Notes under the pieces: generated by a model
Databases searched by the model: none
What the model was told of the DNA's origin: nothing
Seen by the model: the letters and a program-made list of their open reading frames with translations, nothing else
Translations under genes and position numbers: made by a program
Part shown: piece after piece, positions 24,526-37,700 of the stretch
How positions within the stretch are numbered: position 1 is the stretch's first letter
Layout: the number at the start of each line of letters is the position of its first letter
Assembly: GCF_009914755.1 (NCBI RefSeq)
Contig: NC_060933.1
Strand: one strand, 5' to 3'
DNA from: the human T2T-CHM13v2.0 reference genome, Homo sapiens
Length of the DNA stretch: 64,000 bases

Positions 24526-25750
24526 CAACTCGATTGTAATGGAATGGAATGGAATGGAATGGAATGGAATGGAATTAACCCGAATACAATGGAATGGAAT
24601 GGAATGGAATGGAATGGAGTGGAATGGAATGGAATCAACCCGAGTGCAGGGGAATGGAATGGAATACAATGCAATGGAATGGAATCATCCGGAATGGAAT
24701 CGAATGGAATGGAATGCAAAGCAATGGAATCAACTCGATTGCAATGGAATGGAACGGAATGGAAAGGAATACATTGGAATCAACCCGAGTGGAAGGGAAT
24801 GGAAAGGACTGGAATGGAGTGAAATGGAATGGAATGCAATGGAATGGAATGGAATGGAATCAACTTGATCGGAATGGAATGGAATGGAATGGAATGGAAT
24901 GGAATGGAATGGAATCAACCCGACTGCAGGGGAATGGAATGGAATGGAATGCAATGGAATGGATTCAACTTGAATGGAAGGGAAAGAATGGAATCAACAC
25001 GAGTGGAATGGCATGGATTGGAATGGAATGGAATGGAATCAACCCGAGTACAGGGGAATGGAATGGAATGGAATGCAATGGAATGGAATCATCCGTAATG
25101 GAATGGAAAGGAATGGAATGGAATGGAAAGGAATGGAATGGAATGGAATGGAATGGAATGGAATCAACTCGATTGCAATCGAATGGAATGGAATGGAATT
25201 AACCCGAATAGAATGGAATGGAATGGAATGGAACGGAACGGAATGGAATGGAATGGAATGGAATGGAACGGAACGGAACGGAATGGAATGGAATGGAATG
25301 GAATGGAATCAACGCGAGTGCAGGGGAATGGAATGGAATGCAATGCAATGGAATGGAATCTTCCGGAATGGAATGGAATTGAATGGAATGGAATGGAATG
25401 GTATGGAATAAACCCGAGTGCAATGGAATGGAGTGGAATGGAATGGAATGGAATGGAACAACCCGAATGGAATGGAATGTAATGGAGAGTAAGGGAGTTG
25501 AATAGAATCTATCCGAATGTAATGGAATGGAATGGAACGGAATTGAATGGAATGGAATGGAATGGAATGCAAAGGAATGGAATCAACCCGAGTTCAATGA
25601 AATGGAGAAGAATGGAATGGAATGGAATGGAAACTACCCGAATGGAATGGAATGTAATGGAGTGTAAGGGAATTGAATAGAATCAATCCGAATGTAATGG
25701 AATGGAATGGAACGGAATGGAATGGAATGGAATGGAATGGAATGGAATGG
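24526..25750 (+). repeat. Block B, duplicated at ~31790-33025 (offset ~7270)
   Basis: Shared CAACTTGATCGG, GAAGGGAAAGAATGG, GTATGGAATAAACCCG and AATCTATCCGA. ORF pairs 24974/32248 and 25498/32772. Confidence 0.88.
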
Positions 25751-27259
25751 AATGGAATGCAATGGAATGGAATCAACCCGAGTGCAATCGAATGGAATCG
25801 AATGGAATGGAATGCAATGGAATGGATTCAACTTGAATGGAATGGAAAGAATGGAATCAACACGAGTGGAATGACATGGATTGGAATGGAATGGAATGGA
25901 ATCAACCCGAGTACAGGGGAATGGAATGGAATGGAATGCAATGGAATGGAATCATCCGTAATGGAATGGAATGGAATGGAATGGAATGGAATGGAATGGA
26001 ATGGAATCAACTCGATTGCATTCGAATGGAATGGAATGGAATTAACCCGAATAGAATGGAATGGAATGGAATGGAACGGAACGGAATGGAATGGAATGGA
26101 ATGGAATGGAACGGAAAGGAAGGGAATGGAATGGAATAGAATGGAATGGAATGGAATCAACGCGAGTGCAGGGGAATGGAATGGAATGGAATGCAATGGA
26201 ATGGAATCTTCCGGAATGGAATGGAATGGAACGGAATGGAATGGAATGGAATGGAATCAACCCGAGTGCAATGGAATGGAGTGGAATGGAATGGAATGGA
26301 ATGGAACAACCCGAATGGAATGGAATGTAATGGAGAGTAAGGGAGTTGAATAGAATCAATCCGAATGTAATGGAATGGAATGGAACGGAATGGAATGGAA
26401 TGGAATGGAATGGAATGGAATGGAATGCAATGGAATGGAATCAACTCGAGTGCAATCGAATGGAATCGAATGGAATGGAATGCAATGGAATGGATTCAAC
26501 TTGAATGGAATGGAAAGAATGGAATCAACACGAGTGGAATGGCATGGATTGGAATGGAATGGAATAGAATCAACCCGAGTACAGGGGAATGGAATGGAAT
26601 GGAATGCAATGGAATGGAATCATCCGTAATGGAATGGAAAAGAATGGAATGGAATGGAATGGAATGGAATCAACTCGATCGCAATCGAATGGAATGGAAT
26701 GGAATTAACCCGAATAGAATGGAATGGAATGGAATTGAACGGAACGGATCGGAACGGAACGGAATGGAATTGAATGGAATGGAACGGAAAGGAATGGAAT
26801 GGAATGGAATGGAATGGAATGGAATGGAATGGAATCAACGCGAGTGCAGGGGAATGTAATGTAATGTAATGTAATGGAATGGAATCTTCCGGAATGGAAT
26901 GGAATGGAATGGAATCAACCCGAGTGCAATGGAATGGAGTGGAATGGAATGGAATGGAATGGAACAACCCGAATGGAATCGAATGTAATGGAGAGTAAGG
27001 GAGTTGAATAGAATCAATCCGAATGTAATGGAATGGAATGGAACGGAATGGAATTGAATGGAATGGAATGGAATGCAATGGAATGGAATCAACCCGAGTG
27101 CAATGGAATGGAGAGGAATGGAATGGAATGGAGTGGAATGGAATGGAATGGAATGGAACAACCCGAATGGAATGGAATGTAATGGAGAGTAAGGGAGTTG
27201 AATAGAATCAATTCGAATGTAATGGAATTGAATGCAACGGAATGGAATGGAATGGAATG

Positions 27260-28800
27260 GAATGGAATGGAATGGAATGGAATGGAATGCAAAGGAATGG
27301 AATCAACCCGAGTGGAATGGCATGGAATGGAATGCAATGGATTGGAATGGAATGGAATCAACTCGAGTGGAAAGGAATGGAATGGAATGGAAAGGAATGG
27401 AATGAATTCAACTCGAGTGGAATGGAATGGAATGGATTGGAATGGATTGCAATGGAATGAAATGGAATGGAATGGAATGGAATCAATCATTCCGAGTGGA
27501 ATGGAAGGGAATGTAATGGAGTGGAAAGAAGGGAATGGAATCAACCCGATTGGAATGCAAGGCAATGGAATGGAATGGAAAGGAATGGAATGGAATCAAT
27601 CATGGAAGGGAATGTAATGGAGTGGAAAGAAGGGAATGGAATCAACCCGAGTGGAATGCAAGTCAATGGAATGGAATGAAAGGAATGGAATGGAATCAAC
27701 TCGATTGCAATGGAATGGAATGGAATGGAATGGAATGGAATGGAATTAACCGGAATAGAATGGAATGGAATGGAATGGAACGGAATGGAATGGAATGGAA
27801 GGGAATGGAATCAACACGAGTGCAGGAGAATGGAATGGAATGGAATGCAATGGAATGGAATCATCCGGAATGGAATGGAATGGAATGGAATCAACTCCAT
27901 TGCAATGGAATGGAATGGAATGGAATGGAATAGAATGGAATGGAATTAACCCGAATAGAATGGAATGCAATAGAATGGAATGCAACGGAACCGAATGGAG
28001 TGGAATGGAATGGAATGGAATCTACCCGAGTACAGGGGAATGGAATGGAATGGAATGCAATGGAAAGGAATCATCCGGAATGGAATGGAATGGAATGGAA
28101 TGGAATGGAATGGAATGGAATGGAATGGAATCAACCCGACTGCAGGGGAATGGAATGGAATGGAATGCAATGGAATGGATTCAACTTGAATGGAATGGAA
28201 AGAATGGAATCAACAAGAGTGGAATGGCATGGATTGGAATGGAATGGAATGGAATGGAATCAACCCGAGTACAGGGGAATGGAATGGAATGGAATGCAAT
28301 GGAATGGAATCATCCGTAATGGAATGGAAAGGAATGGAATGGAATGGAATGGAATGGAATCAACTCGATTGCAATCGAATGGAATGGAATGGAATTAACC
28401 CGAATAGAATGGAATGGAATGGAACGGAACGGAATGGAATGGAATGGAATGGAATGGAACGGAACGGAATGGAATGGAATGCAATGGAATGGAATCAACT
28501 TGAATGGAATGGAAAGAATGGAAACAACACGAGTGGAATGGCATGGATTGGAATGGAATGGAATGGAATCAACCCGAGTACAGGGGAATGGAATGGAATG
28601 GAATGCAATGGAATGGAATCATCCGTAATGGAATGGAAAGGAATGGAATGGAATGGAATGGAATGGAATGGAATGGAATGGAATCAACTCGATTGCAATC
28701 GAATGGAATGGAATGGAATTAACCCGAATAGAAAGGAATGCAATGGAATGGAACGGAACGGAATGGAATGGAATGGAATGGAACGGAATGGAACGGAATG
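27260..28800 (+). repeat. Block D, duplicated at ~34110-35640 (offset ~6845)
   Basis: Shared GAATTCAACTCGAG, CAATCATGGAAGGG, GCAAGTCAATGG, GCAGGAGAATGG, TCTACCCGAG and CAACAAGAGTGG. ORF pairs 27467/34315 and 28504/35347. Confidence 0.9.
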
Positions 28801-29417
28801 GAATGGAATGGAGTGGAATGGAATGGTATGGAATGGAATGGAATGGTACGGAATAGAATGGAATGCAACGAATTGTAATGGAATGGAATTGAATGGAATG
28901 GAATGGAATGGAATGGAAACAACGCGAGTGCAGGGGAATGTAATGGAACGGAATGCAATGGAATGGAATCATCCGGAATGGAATGGAATGGAATGGAATG
29001 GAATGGAATGGAATCAACCCGAGTGCAATGGAATGGAGTGGAATGGAATGGAATGGAATGGAACAACCCGAATGGAATGGAATGTAATGGAGAGTAAGGG
29101 AGTTGAATAGAATCATTCCGAATGTAATGGAATGGAATGGAACGGAATGGAATGGAATGGAATGGAATGGAATGCAATGGAATGGAATGATACGGAATAG
29201 AATGGAATGGAACGAAATGGAATGGAATGGAATGGAATGGAATGGAATGGAATCGTTCCGAGTGGAATAGGAGGGAATGTATTCGAGTGGAATGGAAAGG
29301 AATGGAATCAACCAGAGTGGAATGGAAGGGAATGGAATGGAATGGAAACTAATAGAATGGAATCAACCCGAGTGGAATGGAATGGAAAGGACTGGAATGG
29401 AATGGAATGGAATGGAA

Positions 29418-31790
29418 TCAACTCGATTGGCATGGAATGGAATGGAATGGAAAGGAATGGAATGGAATTAACCCGAATACAATGGAATGGAATGGAATGG
29501 AACGGAATGGAGTGAAATGGAATGGAATCAACACGAGTGCAGGGGAATGGAATGGAATGGAATGCAATGGAATGGAATCATCCGGAATGGAATGGAATGG
29601 AATGGAATGCAAAGCAATGGAATCAACTCGATTGCAATGGAATGGAATGGAACGGAAAGGAATACATTGGAATCAACCCGAGTGGAATGGAATGGAAAGG
29701 ACTGGAATGGAGTGGAATAGAATGGAATGGAATGGAATGGAATCAACTCGATTGGAATGGAATGGAATGGAATGGAATGGAATGGAATTAACCCGAGAAG
29801 AAAGGAATGGAATGCAATGGAACGGAACGGAACGGAATGGAATGGAATGGAATGGAATGGAATGGAATGGAATGGAATCAACCCGACTGCAGGGGAATGG
29901 AATGGAATGGAATGCAATGGAATGGATTCAACTTGAATGGAATGGAAAGAATGGAATCAACACGAGTGGAATGGCATGGATTGGAATGGAATGGAATGGA
30001 ATCAACCCGAGTACAGGGGAATGGAATGGAATGCAATGCAATGGAATGGAATCATCCGTAATGGAATGGAAAGGAATGGAATGGAATGGAATGGAATGGA
30101 ATGGAATGGAATGGAATCAACTCGATTGCAATCGAATGGAATGGAATGGAATTAACCCGAATAGAATGGAATGGAATGGAATGGAACGGAACGGAACGGA
30201 ACGGAACGGAATGGAAAGGAATGGAAAGGAATGGAATGGAATGGAATGGAATGGAATGGAATGGAATGGAATGGAATGGAATCAACGCGAGTGCAGGGGA
30301 ATGGAATGGAATGCAATGCAATGGAATGGAATCTTCCGGAATGGAATGGAATGGAATGGAATGGAATGGAATGGAATGGAATCAACCCGAGTGCAATGGA
30401 ATGGAGTGGAATGGAATGGAATGGAATGGAACAACCCGAATGGAATGGAATGTAATGGAGACTAAGGGAGATGAATAGTATCAATCCGAATGTAATCGAA
30501 TGGAATGGAACGGAATGGAATTGAATGGAATGGAATGGAATGCAATGGAATGGAATCAACCCGAGTGCAATGGAATGGAGAGGAATGGAATGGAATGGAA
30601 TGGAAACTACCCGAATGGAATGGAATGTAATGGAGTGTAAGGGAATTGAATAGAATCAATCCGAATGTAATGGAATGGAATGGAACGAAATGGAATAGAA
30701 TGGAATGGAATGGAATGGAATGCAATGGAATGGAATCAACCCGAGTGCAATCGAATGGAATCGAATGGAATGGAATGCAATGGAATGGATTCAACTTGAA
30801 TGGAATGGAAAGAATGGAATCAACACGAGTGGAAGGGCATGGATTGGAATGCAATGGAATGGAATCAACCCGAGTACAGGGGAATGGAATGGAATGGAAT
30901 GCAATGGAATGGAATCATCCGTAATGGAATGGAAAGGAATGGAATGGAATGGAATGGAATGGAATGGAATGGAATGGAATCAACACGATTGCAATCGAAT
31001 GGAATGGAATGAAATTAACCCGAATAGAATGGAATGGAATAGAATGGAACGGAACGGAATGGAATGGAATGGAATGGAATGGAACGGAGCGGAACGGAAC
31101 GGAATGGAATGGAATGGAACGGAATGGAATCAACGCGAGTGCAGGGGAATGGAATGGAATGGAATGCAATGGAATGGAATCTTCCGGAATGGAATGGAAT
31201 GGAATGGAATGAAATGCAATGGATTCAACTCGATTGCAATGGAATGGAATAGAATGGAATGGAATTGAATGGAATGGAATTAACCCGAATAGAATGGAAT
31301 GGAATGGAATGGAACGGAATGGAACGGAATGGAATGGAATGGAATGGAATGGTATGGAATGGAATGGAATGGTACGGAATAGAATGGAATGGAACGAATT
31401 GTAATGGAATGGAATTGAATGGAATGGAATGGAATGGAATGGAATCCACGCGAGTGCAGGGGAATGTAATGGAACGGAATGCAATGGAATGGAATCATCT
31501 GGAATGGAATGGAATGGAATGGAATGGAATGGAATGGAATGGAATCAACCCGAGTGCAATGGAATAGAGTGTTATGGAATGGAATGGAATGGAACAACCC
31601 GAATGGAATGGAATGTAATGGAGAGTAAGGGAGTTGAATAGAATCAATCGGAATGGAATGGAATGGAATGCAACGGAATGGAATGGAATGGAATGGAATG
31701 GAATGGAATGGAATGCAAAGGAATGGAATCAACCCGAGTGGAATGGCATGGAATGGAATGCAATGGAATGGAATGGAATGGAATGGAATC
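29418..31790 (+). repeat. Block F, duplicated at ~35657-38030 (offset ~6220-6240)
   Basis: Shared GACTAAGGGAGATGAATAGTATC, GAAGGGCATGG, GAAATTAACC, GGAGCGG, GTGTTATGG and AATCAATCGG. ORF pairs 29937/36171 and 31634/37873. Confidence 0.88.
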
Positions 31791-34700
31791 AACTCGATTG
31801 TAATGGAATGGAATGGAATGGAATGGAATGGAATGGAATGGAATTAACCCGAATACAATGGAATGGAATGGAATGGAATGGAATGGAGTGGAATGGAATG
31901 GAATCAACCCGAGTGCAGGGGAATGGAATGGAATACAATGCAATGGAATGGAATCATCCGGAATGGAATCGAATAGAATGGAATGCAAAGCAATGGAATC
32001 AACTCCATTGCAATGGAATGGAATGGAATGGAAAGGAATACATTGGAATCAACCCGAGTGGAAGGGAATGGAAAGGACTGGAATGGAGTGGAATGGAATG
32101 GAATGCAATGGAATGGAATGGAATGGAATCAACTTGATCGGAATGGAATGGAATGGAATGGAATGGAATGGAATGGAATGGAATGGAATCAACCCGACTG
32201 CAGGGGAATGGAATGGAATGGAATGCAATGGAATGGATTCAACTTGAATGGAAGGGAAAGAATGGAATCAACACGAGTGGAATGGCATGGATTGGAATGG
32301 AATGGAATGGAATCAACCCGAGTACAGGGGAATGGAATGGAATGGAATGCAATGGAATGGAATCATCCGTAATGGAATGGAAAGGAATGGAATGGAATGG
32401 AAAGGAATGGAATGGAATGGAATGGAATGGAATGGAATCAACTCGATTGCAATCGAATGGAATGGAATGGAATTAACCCGAATAGAATGGAATGGAATGG
32501 AATGGAACGGAACGGAATGGAATGGAATGGAATGGAATGGAACGGAACGGAACGGAATGGAATGGAATGGAATGGAATGGAATCAACGCGAGTGCAGGGG
32601 AATGGAATGGAATGGAATGCAATGGAATGGAATCTTCCGGAATGGAATGGAATTGAATGGAATGGAATGGAATGGTATGGAATAAACCCGAGTGCAATGG
32701 AATGCAGTGGAATGGAATGGAATGGAATGGAACAACCCGAATGGAATGGAATGTAATGGAGAGTAAGGGAGTTGAATAGAATCTATCCGAATGTAATGGA
32801 ATGGAATGGAACGGAATTGAATGGAATGGAATGGAATGGAATGCAAAGGAATGGAATCAACCCGAGTTCAATGAAATGGAGAGGAATGGAATGGAATGGA
32901 ATGGAAACTACCCGAATGGAATGGAATGTAATGGAGTGTAAGGGAATTGAATAGAATCAATCCGAATGTAATGGAATGGAATAGAACGGAATGGAATGGA
33001 ATGGAATGGAATGGAATGGAATGGAATGGAATGCAATTAATCCGAATAGAATGGAATGGAATGGAATGGAACGGAATGGAACGGAATGGAATGGGACGGA
33101 ATGGAATGGAATGGTATGGAATGGAATGGAATGGTACGGAATAGAATGGAATGGAACGAATTGTAATGGAATGGAATTGAATGTAATGGAATGGAATGGA
33201 ATGGAATCAACGCGAGTGCAGGGGAATGTAATGGAACGGAATGCAATGGAATGGAATCATCCGGAATGGAATTGAATGGAATGGAATGGAATGGAATCAA
33301 CCCGAGTGCAATGGAATGGAGTGGAATGGAATGGAATGGAATGGAACAACCCGAATGGAATGGAATGTAATGGAGAGTAAGGGAGTTGAATAGAATCAAT
33401 CCGAATGTAATGGAATGGAATGCAACGGAATGGAATGGAATGGAATGGAATGGAATGCAACGGAATGGAATCAACCCGAGTACAATGGAATGGAATGGAA
33501 TGGAATGGAATGGAATGGAATGGAATGGAATGGAATGATACGGAATAGAATGGAATGGAACGAAATGGAATTGAATGGAAAGGAATGGAATGGAATGGAA
33601 TGGAATCGTTCCGAGTGGAATAGGAGGGAATGTATTCGACTGGAATGGAAAGGAATGGAATCAACCAGAGTGGAATGGAAGGGAATGGAATGGAATGGAA
33701 ACTAATAGAATGGAATCAACCCGAGTGGAATGGAATGGAAAGGACTGGAATGGAATGGAATGGAATGGAATCAACTCGATTGTAATGGAATGGAATGGAA
33801 TGGAATGGAATGGAATGGAATGGAATGGAATCAACCCGATTGCAATCGAATGGAATGGAATGGAATTAACCCGAATAGAATGGAATGGAATGGAATGGAA
33901 CGGAACGGAACGGAATGGAATGGAATGGAATGGTATGGAATGGAATGGAATGGTACGGAATAGAATGGAATGGAACGAATTGTAATGGAATGGAATTGAA
34001 TGGAATGGAATGGAATGGAATGGAATGGAATCAACGTGAGTGCAGGGGAATGTAATGGAACGGAATGCAATGGAATGGAATCATCCGGAATGGAATGGAA
34101 TGGAATGGAATGGAATGGAATGGAATGGAATGGAATGCAAAGGAATGGAATCAACCCGAGTGGAATGGCATGGAATGGAATGCAATGGATTGGAATGGAA
34201 TGGAATCAACTCGAGTGGAAAGGAATGGAATGGAATGGAAAGGAATGGAATGAATTCAACTCGAGTGGAATGGAATGGAATGGATTGGAATGGATTGCAA
34301 TGGAATGAAATGGAATGGAATGGAATGGAATCAATCATTCCGAGTGGAATGGAAGGGAATGTAATGGAGTGGAAAGAAGGGAATGGAATCAACCCGATTG
34401 GAATGCAAGGCAATGGAATGGAATGGAAAGGAATGGAATGGAATCAATCATGGAAGGGAATGTAATGGAGTGGAAAGAAGGGAATGGAATCAACCCGAGT
34501 GGAATGCAAGTCAATGGAATGGAATGAAAGGAATGGAATGGAATCAACTCGATTGCAATGGAATGGAATGGAATGGAATGGAATGGAATGGAATTAACCG
34601 GAATAGAATGGAATGGAATGGAATGGAACGGAATGGAATGGAATGGAAGGGAATGGAATCAACACGAGTGCAGGAGAATGGAATGGAATGGAATGCAATG

Positions 34701-37700
34701 GAATGGAATCATCCGGAATGGAATGGAATGGAATGGAATCAACTCCATTGCAATGGAATGGAATGGAATGGAATGGAATAGAATGGAATGGAATTAACCC
34801 GAATAGAATGGAATGCAATAGAATGGAATGCAACGGAACCGAATGGAGTGGAATGGAATGGAATGGAATCTACCCGAGTACAGGGGAATGGAATGGAATG
34901 GAATGCAATGGAAAGGAATCATCCGGAATGGAATGGAATGGAATGGAATGGAATGGAATGGAATGGAATGGAATCAACCCGACTGCAGGGGAATGGAATG
35001 GAATGGAATGCAATGGAATGGATTCAACTTGAATGGAATGGAAAGAATGGAATCAACAAGAGTGGAATGGCATGGATTGGAATGGAATGGAATGGAATGG
35101 AATCAACCCGAGTACAGGGGAATGGAATGGAATGGAATGCAATGGAATGGAATCATCCGTAATGGAATGGAAAGGAATGGAATGGAATGGAATGGAATGG
35201 AATCAACTCGATTGCAATCGAATGGAATGGAATGGAATTAACCCGAATAGAATGGAATGGAATGGAACGGAACGGAATGGAATGGAATGGAATGCAATGG
35301 AACGGAACGGAATGGAATGGAATGCAATGGAATGGAATCAACTTGAATGGAATGGAAAGAATGGAAACAACACGAGTGGAATGGCATGGATTGGAATGGA
35401 ATGGAATGGAATCAACCCGAGTACAGGGGAATGGAATGGAATGGAATGCAATGGAATGGAATCATCCGTAATGGAATGGAAAGGAATGGAATGGAATGGA
35501 ATGGAATGGAATGGAATCAACTCGATTGCAATCGAATGGAATGGAATGGAATTAATCCGAATAGAAAGGAATGCAATGGAATGGAACGGAACGGAATGGA
35601 ATGGAATGGAATGGAATGGAATGGAACGGAATGGAATGGAATGGAATGGAATGGAATCAACTCGATTGTAATGGAATGGAATGGAATGGAATGGAATGGA
35701 ATGGAATTAACCCGAATACAATGGAATGGAATGGAATGGAACGGAATGGAGTGGAATGCAATGGAATCAACACGAGTGCAGGGGAATGGAATGGAATGGA
35801 ATGCAATGGAATGGAATCATCCGGAATGGAATGGAATGGAATGGAATGCAAAGCAATGGAATCAACTCGATTGCAATGGAATGGAATGGAACGGAAAGGA
35901 ATACATTGGAATCAACCCGAGTGGAATGGAATGGAAAGGACTGGAATGGAGTGGAATGGAATGGAATGGAATGGAATGGAATCAACTCGATTGGAATGGA
36001 ATGGAATGGAATGGAATGGAATGGAATTAACCCGAGTAGAAAGGAATGGAATGCAATGGAATGGAACGGAACGGAATGGAATGGAATGGAATGGAATGGA
36101 ATGGAATGGAATCAACCCGACTGCAGGGGAATGGAATGGAATGGAATGCAATGGAATGGATTCAACTTGAATGGAATGGAAAGAATGGAATCAACACGAG
36201 TGGAATGGCATGGATTGGAATGGAATGGAATGGAATCAACCCGAGTACAGGGGAATGGAATGGAATGCAATGCAATGGAATGGAATCATCCGTAATGGAA
36301 TGGAAAGGAATGGAATGGAATGGAATGGAATGGAATGGAATGGAATGGAATCAACTCGATTGCAATCGAATGGAATGGAATGGAATTAACCCGAATAGAA
36401 TGGAATGGAATGGAATGGAACGGAACGGAACGGAACGGAACGGAACGGAACGGAACGGAAAGGAATGGAATGGAATGGAATGGAATGGAATGGAATGGAA
36501 TGGAATGGAATGGAATCAACGCGAGTGCAGGGGAATGGAATGGAATGGAATGCAATGGAATGGAATCTTCCGGAATGGAATGGAATGGAATGGAATGGAA
36601 TGGAATGGAATCAACCCGAGTGCAATGGAATGGAGTGGAATGGAATGGAATGGAATGGAACAACCCGAATGGAATGGAATGTAATGGAGACTAAGGGAGA
36701 TGAATAGTATCAATCCGAATGTAATCGAATGGAATGGAACGGAATGGAATTGAATGGAATGGAATGGAATGCAATGGAATGGAATCAACCCGAGTACAAT
36801 GGAATGGAGAGGAATGGAATGGAATGGAATGGAAACTACCCGAATGGAATGGAATGTAATGGAGTGTAAGGGAATTGAATAGAATCAATCCGAATGTAAT
36901 GGAATGGAATGGAACGGAATGGAATGGAATGGAATGGAATGCAATGGAATGGAATCAACCCGAGTGCAATCGAATGGAATCGAATGGAATGGAATGCAAT
37001 GGAATGGATTCAACTTGAATGGAATGGAAAGAATGGAATCAACACGAGTGGAAGGGCATGGATTGGAATGCAATGGAATGGAATCAACCCGAGTACAGGG
37101 GAATGGAATGGAATGGAATGCAATGGAATGGAATCATCCGTAATGGAATGGAAAGGAATGGAATGGAATGGAATGGAATGGAATGGAATGGAATGGAATG
37201 GAATGGAATCAACACGATTGCAATCGAATGGAATGGAATGAAATTAACCCGAATAGAATGGAATGGAATGGAATGGAACGGAACGGAATGGAATGGAATG
37301 GAATGGAATGGAACGGAGCGGAACGGAACGGAATGGAATGGAATGGAACGGAATGGAATCAACGCGAGTGCAGGGGAATGGAATGGAATGGAATGCAATG
37401 GAATGGAATCTTCCGGAATGGAATGTAATGGAATGGAATGAAATGCAATGGATTCAACTCGATTGCAATGGAATGGAATAGAATGGAATGGAATTGAATG
37501 GAATGGAATTAACCCGAATAGAATGGAATGGAATGGAATGGAACGGAATGGAACGGAATGGAATGGAATGGAATGGAATGGAATGGAATGGAATGGTATG
37601 GAATGGAATGGAATGGTACGGAATAGAATGGAATGGAACGAATTGTAATGGAATGGAATTGAATGGAATGGAATGGAATGGAATGGAATCAACGCGAGTG

